Assembly: GCA_964438135.1 (NCBI GenBank)
Contig: CAYTJW010000002.1
Span: 1-57,567 of the forward strand
DNA: 57,567 bases
Reading direction: 5' to 3'
Source: an uncultured Thermoanaerobaculia bacterium
Lineage (GTDB): Bacteria; Acidobacteriota; Thermoanaerobaculia; Thermoanaerobaculales; Sulfomarinibacteraceae
Shown here one piece after another: positions 26,263-33,883 of this stretch. The translations under genes were made by a program, and so were the position numbers. The stretch's first letter is position 1. Each line of letters starts with the position of its first letter. Under the pieces are notes generated by a model. That model saw nothing but the letters and a program-made list of their open reading frames with translations. It was not told the DNA's origin and did no database searches.

Positions 26263-27710
26263 CCCCCGACACCGTGCTCCACCTCACGTTCGACACCCGC
26301 CAGATGCGCGACTGGCGCGCCGCGACCGAGTTCTACCTCGCCCGCGACCGCTTCCTCCACGAGATGCTCAGGCGGGAGCAGGAGTTCGGCTTCCCGTTCG
26401 CCACGTACCGGGCCGCCGACGGCAGCACCGTGCCCTGCCGGCTCACCGGCGCGGACCTACGCCAGCACGCGCTCGTGCTTGGCGCCACGGGCTGTGGCAA
26501 GTCGTCGCTCCTGGAGGCGATGGCGCGGGCGCTGCTCGCGCGCACCCAGGCGTTCGCGCTCCTGGACCCGCACGGTGACCTCGCCCGGCGGGTCGCGCGT
26601 TGGTCCTGGGCCGAGCGCAGCCTCGACGTCCGGGTGCTCGACTTCACTGACCCCGGTTCACTTCCGTCGTGGAACCCGCTGGAGCGCATGGACGGCGTCG
26701 ATGCGGGCCGCCAGGTCGATCTGCTGGTCTCTGTGCTCAAGCGGCTGTACGCGGGCGAGCGCGCTGCCTCCTGGGCGTGGGGCGTGAAGGTGGAGGAGAT
26801 CTTCCGGGCCACGCTGCGGGCGGCGGTCGAGAGTCGCGAGCCGATGACGCTGCTCGACCTGGAACGCTTCCTGCTGGACACCTCGTTTCGGGAGCGGGTG
26901 CTGGAGTCAGCCGGGCCAGAGGTGCAGGGCTACTTCCTCGATCGCTTCGGCGCCAGGGAGGAGATGTACGTCTCGGGCGCGCTCAACAAGCTCTCGCCGA
27001 TGCTGTCCTCCGCGGCGGTGCGGGCGTTCCTCGGGCGCGGGCCGGCGCGCCTCGACCTGCTCGGCGCCCTCGACCGGCCGACCGCCCTCGTGGTCAACCT
27101 GGCGCGCGGCTCGCTCGGGGCTGCGGCCGACGTGCTCGGGCGGCTCGTCATGAACGCGCTGCTGCTGTCCGCCCTGCGGCGGGAGCGGCAGCGACCTGAG
27201 GTGCGCCGTAGGGCCGTGGTCCTGGTCGACGAGGCGCACAGCTTCGCAGGCGAGGAGAGCGGGCTGGTGGACCTGCTCGTGGCTGGCCGCAAGTACAGGG
27301 TGGCGGTCGCGCTCGCCTCCCAGGGGCTGTCGCTGTTCGCCCCGGCGCTGCGGCCGCTCCTGCTCGGCAACACGACCCGGCAGTTCTTCTTCCGGCTGCC
27401 GCACAGCGAAGCGCAGCTCCTCGGCCGCGACGTCCTCGAGCCGCTCGGGTCGATCCCGCGCGTCGCGGTGCGTCCGTACGACCACATCACCGACCCGCTG
27501 CTCACGGCCGAGGAGGAGATCGCCGCCCGCGTCCGCGAGATGACCGACCTGCCGACCGGGGCGTGCTACTGGGCGATCCGAGGTCGGCGGTTCCGGGCGC
27601 GGCGAATTCAGCTCACCCGGCCGGGCCGGCCACCGACGGTGTCGCTGGCTCCCATCTCCACAGGAGTCACAATCGACGCCTGGGGTGTCACCTCCACCTC
27701 TCGGTCATGA
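26259..27710 (+). CDS. T4CP/TraD-VirD4-like (FtsK-HerA superfamily) ATPase without N-terminal TM helices
   Basis: Internal ATG 26259 of track ORF 25695..27710 overlaps the upstream stop as ATGA. Walker A is LGATGCGKSS and Walker B VVLVDEAHSF. AGRKYRVAVALASQ resembles the T4CP C-terminal region. Confidence 0.75.
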   Translation: MTPDTVLHLTFDTRQMRDWRAATEFYLARDRFLHEMLRREQEFGFPFATYRAADGSTVPCRLTGADLRQHALVLGATGCGKSSLLEAMARALLARTQAFALLDPHGDLARRVARWSWAERSLDVRVLDFTDPGSLPSWNPLERMDGVDAGRQVDLLVSVLKRLYAGERAASWAWGVKVEEIFRATLRAAVESREPMTLLDLERFLLDTSFRERVLESAGPEVQGYFLDRFGAREEMYVSGALNKLSPMLSSAAVRAFLGRGPARLDLLGALDRPTALVVNLARGSLGAAADVLGRLVMNALLLSALRRERQRPEVRRRAVVLVDEAHSFAGEESGLVDLLVAGRKYRVAVALASQGLSLFAPALRPLLLGNTTRQFFFRLPHSEAQLLGRDVLEPLGSIPRVAVRPYDHITDPLLTAEEEIAARVREMTDLPTGACYWAIRGRRFRARRIQLTRPGRPPTVSLAPISTGVTIDAWGVTSTSRS

Positions 27711-29149
27711 CTCCACGACCCGCAGCTGATCCGCCCACGGCGCTGAGCCCCGACTGCGTGCACGTGGAAGGGGTCGGCGTTCTGAGCCGGAGCTTCCTCG
27801 CGAAGGTGCTCCTCGGTTTGGCGTCAAACCCACAGACCGCGCCTCTGCTTGCCGCGCCAACCAACCAGCCTCTCGCTCCGTTTCAATTCGGGTCGGACGA
27901 CCTCTTCGGCGACGCGATCACGCGCGCGCTCGAGCACCGCCGCGGCGTCGACGGTTACAGCCGGAAGACAATCTCGTCGATGCGCACTGCCATGAACTCA
28001 TTCCGGACCTTCCTCGCAGGAACGAAGGCTACGGAGCGCTTCCTGCGCGGCGAGGCCGTCGCCCAGCGGCAGCTACTCTTCGATTGGACGGCGTACGTTC
28101 GCGGGCGGAGTGGCTCCCACGACACCGTGAACAACTACTGGCGGAGCCTGAAGGCGGTGTTCTGCGCCATGGCCGAGGCCACCAACGCATACTCGCCGTT
28201 CACGGGCCTGCGTCCGCCTCGCCCTGGGCAACGGCGCATCCGCGCCATCACGCCCGAGTCGCTCTACCGCGTGTACGACTTCCTCGTGAACCGTCAATGC
28301 CGCTCGGAGTTCGAGCGCCTTCGCGACCTCGCCGTCTTCGCGCTCGCGGCGATGGCGGGCCTCCGTAACGGCGAGATTCGACGCCTCGCGGTGTCGGAGA
28401 TCGACGTCGAGACGGGCGCTGTGCACGTCTCGCGGTCGAAGGGGCGGTTCGGCGGGAAGGATCGCGTCGCGCAGCTGGTCGGTGATGGGCTGCCCATCGT
28501 GCAGGCGTACAGCACTGCGCGTCAGCGGGCATGCCGGACCCATCGGGAGTTCATCTCGTCACTGTTCCGCGACCGCCCACTGAGCGAGAAGGCGCTCCTC
28601 GGAGTGTTCCGCCAGGTCGAGGACGCGACCGGCATCTTCCTGCGGCCCCACATGTGCCGTCACACGTACAACGTCATCCTCGAGAAGGCAGGCGTTCGGG
28701 ACGCGGCACGGATGGAACTCCTCGGGCACACGAGGCTCGCGGCACTCCAGTACTACACCCACGCGTTCGTCGGCGAGGCTGCGGCTGCCGCGCGCGGCAT
28801 CTCCCTCGGGCTCGACACGCGGTCCCTCCAGCTCTCCTCACCCGAACAGCGACAGGCGCGAGACGCCCGTCGACAGCTCGTCATCCCAGACCCGCGTGTA
28901 GCGCATGGTCGTCACGATGCTCGCGTGGCCAGCGAGGGCCTGCACGACGTGGATCGGGACACCCCCTTTCAGGAGCATCGTGACGAAGGAGTGGCGGAGC
29001 GAGTGGATGCTGAACGCTACGCCGGACGCGCGGCGCACGGCGCGGACAATCCGGACCAGCGCCGACTCGGAGAGGAAGGGGCCGCTGCGCGCAGAGGCCG
29101 AGGCGAACATCCCTGGCGAAACGACGTTCCGTCGGCGCCGTTCCCGTAG
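27707..29149 (+). CDS. Tyrosine recombinase (int2) with an abnormal ~130-aa run-on tail
   Basis: Internal ATG 27707 of track ORF 27563..29149 overlaps the upstream stop as ATGA. The catalytic motifs are AGLRNGEIRRL, HMCRHTYN and LLGHTRLAALQYYTH. After the catalytic Tyr (~28750) the frame stays open to 29149, of which 28838..29149 is antisense to int3. Confidence 0.8.
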   Translation: MTPRPAADPPTALSPDCVHVEGVGVLSRSFLAKVLLGLASNPQTAPLLAAPTNQPLAPFQFGSDDLFGDAITRALEHRRGVDGYSRKTISSMRTAMNSFRTFLAGTKATERFLRGEAVAQRQLLFDWTAYVRGRSGSHDTVNNYWRSLKAVFCAMAEATNAYSPFTGLRPPRPGQRRIRAITPESLYRVYDFLVNRQCRSEFERLRDLAVFALAAMAGLRNGEIRRLAVSEIDVETGAVHVSRSKGRFGGKDRVAQLVGDGLPIVQAYSTARQRACRTHREFISSLFRDRPLSEKALLGVFRQVEDATGIFLRPHMCRHTYNVILEKAGVRDAARMELLGHTRLAALQYYTHAFVGEAAAAARGISLGLDTRSLQLSSPEQRQARDARRQLVIPDPRVAHGRHDARVASEGLHDVDRDTPFQEHRDEGVAERVDAERYAGRAAHGADNPDQRRLGEEGAAARRGRGEHPWRNDVPSAPFP

Positions 29150-29902
29150 GAAGACCGTGAGGATCTCCCGCAGCTCAGGGCCGATGTAGGCGGTGCGGTC
29201 CTTGCCGCCGCCGACGCCCTTCCCGCGGTGGACGAGAATGGTGCCCTCGGCGAGGTCGATGTCGGCGAAGTTCAGGCGGAGGAGTTCGCCCTTCCGCAGG
29301 CCGGCGTAAATGAAGGTCGCGAGGATCGCGACCGCCCGGGCGCGCTCGTAGGACGTCGGCCACGGGTAGTGCTCGGCGGCGAGGATGACCTGCTTCAACT
29401 CCTCGGGGCTCCGTGCCTTCGGATTGACGCGAGGCATCACCGGCGGCTTCATGCCCCGGAAGGGGTTGAAGATGGCGTCGCGCCGCTCGAGGTCGATGAA
29501 GAAGGTGCGCAACCCCCGCCAGAGGGAGTTCACCGTGACGCCGGAGAGCGTGGCACGGCGGCTGTTCCAGGCGACCCACTCCTCGATGGCGAAGAGGCGG
29601 TCCCCGAGCGCGTCGCCGGGGCGCGTGACAGACGCCAGGAACTTCTTGAAGTTGTCGTACGCCCACTTGTAGCTGCGCAGGCTGTCGAGGCTCTTGCGCT
29701 CGACGTGTCGGCTGGAGTCGAGGAACGCGGCGAACCGCCGGTCGAGCGCCCGGACGGTCCAGCGGGTCGGATCAGGGGAGATTGGCGTCAGGATGTCACC
29801 GGCCGGCGCCTGGCAGGGGCTCGGCGTGACCATCCGCGTTTCTGCTGCGTGTCGCGGAAAACCCGGAATCGCGGACGGTCGCCGCAGCGTGGATCGAGAC
29901 AT
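28838..29902 (-). CDS. Tyrosine recombinase / integrase (int3)
   Basis: Track ORF of 354 aa with AGLRKGELLRL, HSLRHSFVTML and LAGHASIVTTMRYTRV. The start codon lies 145 bp from the CCA end of the tRNA-Asp fragment, on the same strand. Confidence 0.85.
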   Translation of the reverse strand: MSRSTLRRPSAIPGFPRHAAETRMVTPSPCQAPAGDILTPISPDPTRWTVRALDRRFAAFLDSSRHVERKSLDSLRSYKWAYDNFKKFLASVTRPGDALGDRLFAIEEWVAWNSRRATLSGVTVNSLWRGLRTFFIDLERRDAIFNPFRGMKPPVMPRVNPKARSPEELKQVILAAEHYPWPTSYERARAVAILATFIYAGLRKGELLRLNFADIDLAEGTILVHRGKGVGGGKDRTAYIGPELREILTVFLRERRRRNVVSPGMFASASARSGPFLSESALVRIVRAVRRASGVAFSIHSLRHSFVTMLLKGGVPIHVVQALAGHASIVTTMRYTRVWDDELSTGVSRLSLFG

Positions 29903-30047
29903 GGGATGGAGGGGGAAGAGATGGCGTCCTCTCGCCCTCGGTGCAATCTCGGCCCCATGACCGGTCTGCGCCGGATACGCGGATGGTCATGGAGGCGGGG
30001 GATGCCCGGTAGGGGCACCTCCGTTCCGTGGCTTACTGTAGCGGTTC

Positions 30048-30093
30048 TGGCGGGGATGACGAGGCTCGAACTCGCGACCTTCCGCGTGACAGG
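30048..30093 (-). pseudogene. 3' portion only of a tRNA-Asp(GUC) gene (anticodon loop to CCA)
   Basis: The reverse complement reads CCTGTCAC-GCGGA-AGGTC-GCGAG-TTCGAGC-CTCGT-CATCCCC-G-CCA. This closely parallels bacterial tRNA-Asp from the anticodon loop onward. The 5' anticodon-stem strand does not pair (TCGAC against GCGGA), and no GGGGATG acceptor strand or D arm follows. Confidence 0.7.
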
Positions 30094-30485
30094 TCGACCG
30101 GTCGGGGTCGACTGCTTGTTTACCGCGTACGTATGCGGGGAACGGAGACTACTGGGCCTCCCACGCCCGTCCGCGTGCCTGCGGACCGGTCGAGAGGTGG
30201 CCGAGAGTCGAAGGGACTGGGTACCCCCCCATCTAGCGCCGGATGCGACCGATGTGCAAGCGGGATGGGTGGCGCGGGCCGCTGCAGGAGCAGTCCGCGT
30301 CCTACTGGAGGACCCGGCCGCCCCAGACCACCGGTCTGCCGGCTCGACCCGGGCCGACTGCTCGATCGGCGTCGATTACCCTCGTCGAGGCCCGCGGTAG
30401 AATCTGGCTGCGCCGCAGGAGGAGGCACGCCGTGCCCCTGGACCCGAAAGCCGCCTCGGCGATCCGCAACGGCTGCCGCCCGTGG

Positions 30486-31430
30486 GTGGTGACGATGAGC
30501 CGGCGGACGGACATCGCCCTGCACCTGGAGTGGGTGTGGGACAAGATCGTGCGCGGCGGTGCCTACTACCAGAACCCGCGCAACAGGACGATTGCCTACT
30601 GCTCCCTCGACCCGCGGCTCGTGCGCGTCTTCCAGCCGTGGACGAAGGACCCGGTCGCGCTCGCCCCGTGGATTCCCCGGTACCAGGAGCGGGGCCTTCC
30701 GGTCTCCGTCTTCTGCACGGTGACCGGCTACCCGCAGTTCGTGGAACCGGGGGTGCCACGCCCCGACGCCTCGGTGGCGGCGCTCCGGCACATGCACCGC
30801 GACCACGGGGTGGCGATCAAGTGGCGCTACGACCCGATCTTCCTGACCGACAAGCTCGACGCCGACTGGCACGTCGAGAATGCCCGCCGCCTCGCAGGGG
30901 CGCTGGCGGGCGTCGTGACCGAGGCCGTCACTTCGTTCATCCAGATCACGGGCCTGTACGGGAAGATCGAGGCGTTCTTCAACGCCGAGCTGGCGCGCAA
31001 CGGGATGTCCTACCACGTCGCGACGCACGCGGAAATGGAAGACCTCCTCGCGCGCCTCACGGCGGTCTGCGCGACCGAGGGGATTCCCCTCGGCGTCTGC
31101 TGCCATCCGCAGCTCTCCCTTGACGCGCAGGCGCACGGCTGCGCCCAGGCGGCCTGCATCAGCATGTCGTTCCTGCGCAAGACCCGCCCCGACATCAAGG
31201 CCCTCCCGCTGAAGCCGACCCGCGAGCACTGCCTCTGCCACGAATCTCGGGACATCGGAGCGCTGAACAGCTGCCTCCACTGCTGCATCTACTGCTACGC
31301 GAACCGCAGCGCCGACATGCGCCCGGGGGCGACGCCGATCCCGCCGACCGCGCCGTGGCTCAGCCCTGACCCGCTCCCGCCCGGCTACCCGTACCCCGTA
31401 GCTGATGAGGTGCTCGGCCTCGTCTTGTGA
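30486..31430 (+). CDS. DUF1848-family protein (Cys-rich C-terminus, probable Fe-S site)
   Basis: Same frame as track ORF 30243..31430. The family N-terminus is (V)VTMSRRTDIALHLEWVWDKI, then IKWRYDPIF, with the C-terminal signature TREHCLCHESRDIGALNSCLHCCIYCYAN. The start is GTG 30486/30489 or ATG 30495. The 80 aa upstream look non-coding. Confidence 0.75.
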   Translation: MVTMSRRTDIALHLEWVWDKIVRGGAYYQNPRNRTIAYCSLDPRLVRVFQPWTKDPVALAPWIPRYQERGLPVSVFCTVTGYPQFVEPGVPRPDASVAALRHMHRDHGVAIKWRYDPIFLTDKLDADWHVENARRLAGALAGVVTEAVTSFIQITGLYGKIEAFFNAELARNGMSYHVATHAEMEDLLARLTAVCATEGIPLGVCCHPQLSLDAQAHGCAQAACISMSFLRKTRPDIKALPLKPTREHCLCHESRDIGALNSCLHCCIYCYANRSADMRPGATPIPPTAPWLSPDPLPPGYPYPVADEVLGLVL

Positions 31431-31542
31431 GTCTTCCCTCTCGCTCCGCGCTGGGATAATCCCCTCACCGCACGCTTGCATGAATCGCAGTCCGCCTCAC
31501 AAGCGCGAGGAGGAGACGGACCGAGTTCCGTGCCTGCTGGCC

Positions 31543-31577
31543 TTGACAGATCTTACATGTGGTACGATATTCGTACC
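31543..31577 (+). promoter_or_regulatory. Promoter TTGACA-N17-GATATT overlapped by the perfect palindrome GGTACGA-TAT-TCGTACC (operator candidate), abutting ATG 31578
   Basis: The -35 lies at 31543-31548, the -10 at 31566-31571 and the palindrome at 31561-31577. ATG 31578 falls 7 nt after the -10, so the transcript could be leaderless. Confidence 0.45.
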
Positions 31578-31907
31578 ATGGGACGGCCGCCGCCCCCTTC
31601 GCTCTTCACCCCGTCCATCTCGGACGTGCGTGCAGCGGTCGTCACGACGCTCGCCGAGGTCCAGCAGACGAGCGGGCAGGTCATGCCCGAACTCACCGAC
31701 AGCACGTGCCCATTGTTGGACCTCCCGGGCTTCGACAGCCTGAGCTCCGTCGAGGCGATCGTCCTGCTCTCTATGAAGCTCGACGTCGAGTTCGGGCACA
31801 GCTTCAGCCCCTTCGTCGATGGGAAGACCAAGCAGCCCGCGGACCTGGCCAGCATCGTGCGCGCGGTGGCCCGCGAACTCGGAGCACCACAGGAGGAGCA
31901 CCCATGA
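31578..31907 (+). CDS. Acyl/peptidyl-carrier-protein-like small protein
   Basis: Same frame as track ORF 31476..31907. It contains LLDLPGFDSLSSVEAIVLLSMKLDVEF, which matches the carrier-protein phosphopantetheine site pattern (G-x-D-S-L followed by an amphipathic helix). The start is ATG 31578, with ATG 31557 as an alternative. Confidence 0.55.
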   Translation: MGRPPPPSLFTPSISDVRAAVVTTLAEVQQTSGQVMPELTDSTCPLLDLPGFDSLSSVEAIVLLSMKLDVEFGHSFSPFVDGKTKQPADLASIVRAVARELGAPQEEHP

Positions 31908-32257
31908 GTGCAGACATGGAAGAGCAGCGCCGCGCCATCGCCGGTCGACTAAGGCTCGCCCGGGAACTCGCCGGGCTCTCGCAGAGCCAAGTGGCGCGGC
32001 TCCTCGGGCTCGCGCGACCCGCGATTTCCGAGATCGAAGCTGGCCGCCGTCGCGTAGCGGCAGAGGAACTCAGCGCGCTCGCAGGGATCTTCGGTGTAGA
32101 TGCGACGTGGCTCGCGGAGGGGCAGGGGCCGGGGAGCGCCAGAGAGAACGACCGTGTCTCGCTCGCCGCCCGGGAACTCGCGAAGCTGCGACCTGACGAC
32201 CTCTCCCGCGTGCTCGATCTCCTCGCAGCACTCCGGACGCACGGGGATTCGCAATGA
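31904..32257 (+). CDS. XRE-family HTH regulator
   Basis: Internal ATG 31904 of track ORF 31559..32257 overlaps the upstream stop as ATGA. The HTH is LRLARELAGLSQSQVARLLGLARPAISEIEAGRRRV. Confidence 0.8.
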   Translation: MSADMEEQRRAIAGRLRLARELAGLSQSQVARLLGLARPAISEIEAGRRRVAAEELSALAGIFGVDATWLAEGQGPGSARENDRVSLAARELAKLRPDDLSRVLDLLAALRTHGDSQ

Positions 32258-33141
32258 CGCGCCGTGAGGTCGCCAAGCGAGCGATCCACGAGGCTCTTCT
32301 CCTCCGAGCTCGACATGGGATCGCGGCGACGGAGGCGCTCTGCCCGCACGACCTCGCCGAGCGGCTCGGCATCGACGTTCGCTTCCTCGACCTCCCGAGC
32401 CTCGAGGGGATGTACGTCGCCGGTGAGGAGCCCGCGATCCTCCTCGGTGCGCTGCGCCCTCCAGGGCGTCAGACCTTCACCTGCGCGCATGAGCTGGGCC
32501 ACCACGTCCTACGTCACGGCATTCGCGTCGACGAGTTCTCGGGTGACTGGCACTCGCCGAGCCAGGACCTCGACGAGTACGCTGCAGACTGCTTCGCGGC
32601 GTTCCTCCTGATGCCCAGGCCGGCAGTGCTGGCGGCGCTCGGACTCCGCGCCTCCGACCCGGCCAACCCATCGCCCGAGACGGTCTACGTCGCCGCGAAC
32701 TGGCTCGGGGTAGGGTACGGCGCGCTGGTCGCGCACCTTCGGTGGTCCGTGCGCCTCCTGCGCGCAGCCATCGTGGACGAACTCGAGCACGCGCGCCTGC
32801 CCGCGATCCGGGCCGCACTCGCAGGGCCGACAGTGACAGAGGACGTCGTCGTCGCCGACGAGAGGTGGACCGGGCGCCCGATCGACCTACTCACGAACCA
32901 GGTCCTCGCGGCGCCGCGTGGTGCGCAGTGCGAGGGACGTTGCCTGGCGACTGCCGGTACGTACGGGACGCGCGCGCTCCTCCGCCCCGTGCGACCGGGC
33001 ATCGACCGCCTGCACGACCCGGCGACGGGGTGGGCTGCGTACGTGCGCGTCGGACGGAGCGGCTACGTCGGCCGCGCCATTTACCGCCACTTGGAGGACC
33101 CGGAGTATGACGACCGTCGACCCGACGTTGATCTCCCGTGA
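32254..33141 (+). CDS. ImmA/IrrE-family (COG2856) zinc metallopeptidase
   Basis: Track ORF of 295 aa with HExxH in FTCAHELGHHVLRH. It overlaps the XRE gene as ATGA, the classic XRE-ImmA pairing. Confidence 0.8.
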   Translation: MTRREVAKRAIHEALLLRARHGIAATEALCPHDLAERLGIDVRFLDLPSLEGMYVAGEEPAILLGALRPPGRQTFTCAHELGHHVLRHGIRVDEFSGDWHSPSQDLDEYAADCFAAFLLMPRPAVLAALGLRASDPANPSPETVYVAANWLGVGYGALVAHLRWSVRLLRAAIVDELEHARLPAIRAALAGPTVTEDVVVADERWTGRPIDLLTNQVLAAPRGAQCEGRCLATAGTYGTRALLRPVRPGIDRLHDPATGWAAYVRVGRSGYVGRAIYRHLEDPEYDDRRPDVDLP

Positions 33142-33883
33142 CGTCCTGTCGCGCGCGTGGCTCGATGCGCTCGCGATCGTGACGCAGCCCGGCGTCGAGG
33201 CGGTGTGCCCGCTCGTCGTATCCGTCACGGGGTTCGCGCCTGACGGGACGCCGCAGGAGGAGGGGCCAATCCGCCGCGAGCTGGATGCGACCCTCGAGCG
33301 GCTGGGGCACGCGCGCTGCCGGACCGTCGCGAACACGATCTTCCCGCGCTCCCTGTGGAATCCAGCGTCGGGTGCGGCAGCCCTCTACGCCAGGTACCTC
33401 CAGCTGTACCCGCGGATCGCGCGGTACCAGGCCAACCACCTCGGAACCTACTTCCACAGGATGATCGCGTTCGGCGACGGTGCGACTGCAAACCAGCTCG
33501 ACTTCATCATCCGGGCGGCCCGCGCGGGAATCCACCGCAGGAGCGCATACCAGATCGCGATCGTGGACCCGATGCGCGACCACAAAATGGTCCGCCAGCG
33601 CGGCTTCCCGTGCTTGCAGCAGGTCGCCGTCACGCCCATCGGCCGCGGCGACCTCGCGCTCACGGGCTTCTACGCCACGCAGTACATCGGCAACAAGGCG
33701 TACGGGAACTACCTCGGGCTCGCCGGCCTCGGCGCGTTTCTGGCGCACGAGCTCGAGCGCCACCTCGTGCGCGTCACGTGCGTCGCGGCGAACGCCCGCC
33801 TCGGCGACGCCGTCCCGCTGGCCGAGGCGCGTCGGCTCGTCGCCGCATTCTCCGCTCCACCCTCGGGCGGGCTCGCGTCATGA
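33107..33883 (+). CDS. Divergent thymidylate-synthase-fold protein (TS-like 1)
   Basis: Internal ATG 33107 of track ORF 32918..33883. HRRSAYQIAIVDPMRD...RGFPCLQQVAVTP...LALTGFYATQYIGNKAYGNYLGLAGLGAFLAHEL parallels ThyA motifs (RR...P.D, PC..Q..V, Y.(R/T)(S/Q).D...G.P.N). The assignment comes from motif order only. Confidence 0.5.
   Translation: MTTVDPTLISRDVLSRAWLDALAIVTQPGVEAVCPLVVSVTGFAPDGTPQEEGPIRRELDATLERLGHARCRTVANTIFPRSLWNPASGAAALYARYLQLYPRIARYQANHLGTYFHRMIAFGDGATANQLDFIIRAARAGIHRRSAYQIAIVDPMRDHKMVRQRGFPCLQQVAVTPIGRGDLALTGFYATQYIGNKAYGNYLGLAGLGAFLAHELERHLVRVTCVAANARLGDAVPLAEARRLVAAFSAPPSGGLAS

Noticed and set aside
24670-29149. Track ORFs 24670..26262 (530 aa), 25695..27710 (671 aa) and 27563..29149 (528 aa) taken at full length
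   Set aside because: Each begins as an off-frame shadow of the preceding gene. The protein-like part starts at an internal ATG that overlaps the upstream stop (25501, 26259 and 27707).
30048-30126. A complete tRNA-Asp gene
   Set aside because: The 5' anticodon-stem strand does not pair. There is no GGGGATG acceptor strand or D arm.
30120-31481. A 453-aa ORF antisense to the DUF1848 gene
   Set aside because: Shadow composition. The plus strand carries the DUF1848 N- and C-terminal signatures.
31904-33141. Taking the XRE-ImmA pair as proof of a prophage immunity region
   Set aside because: No capsid, tail, terminase, portal or lysis genes occur anywhere in the window. The pair is co-transcribed with enzymes instead of lying divergent from a lytic operon. 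I keep this only as an alternative hypothesis for the origin of the locus.
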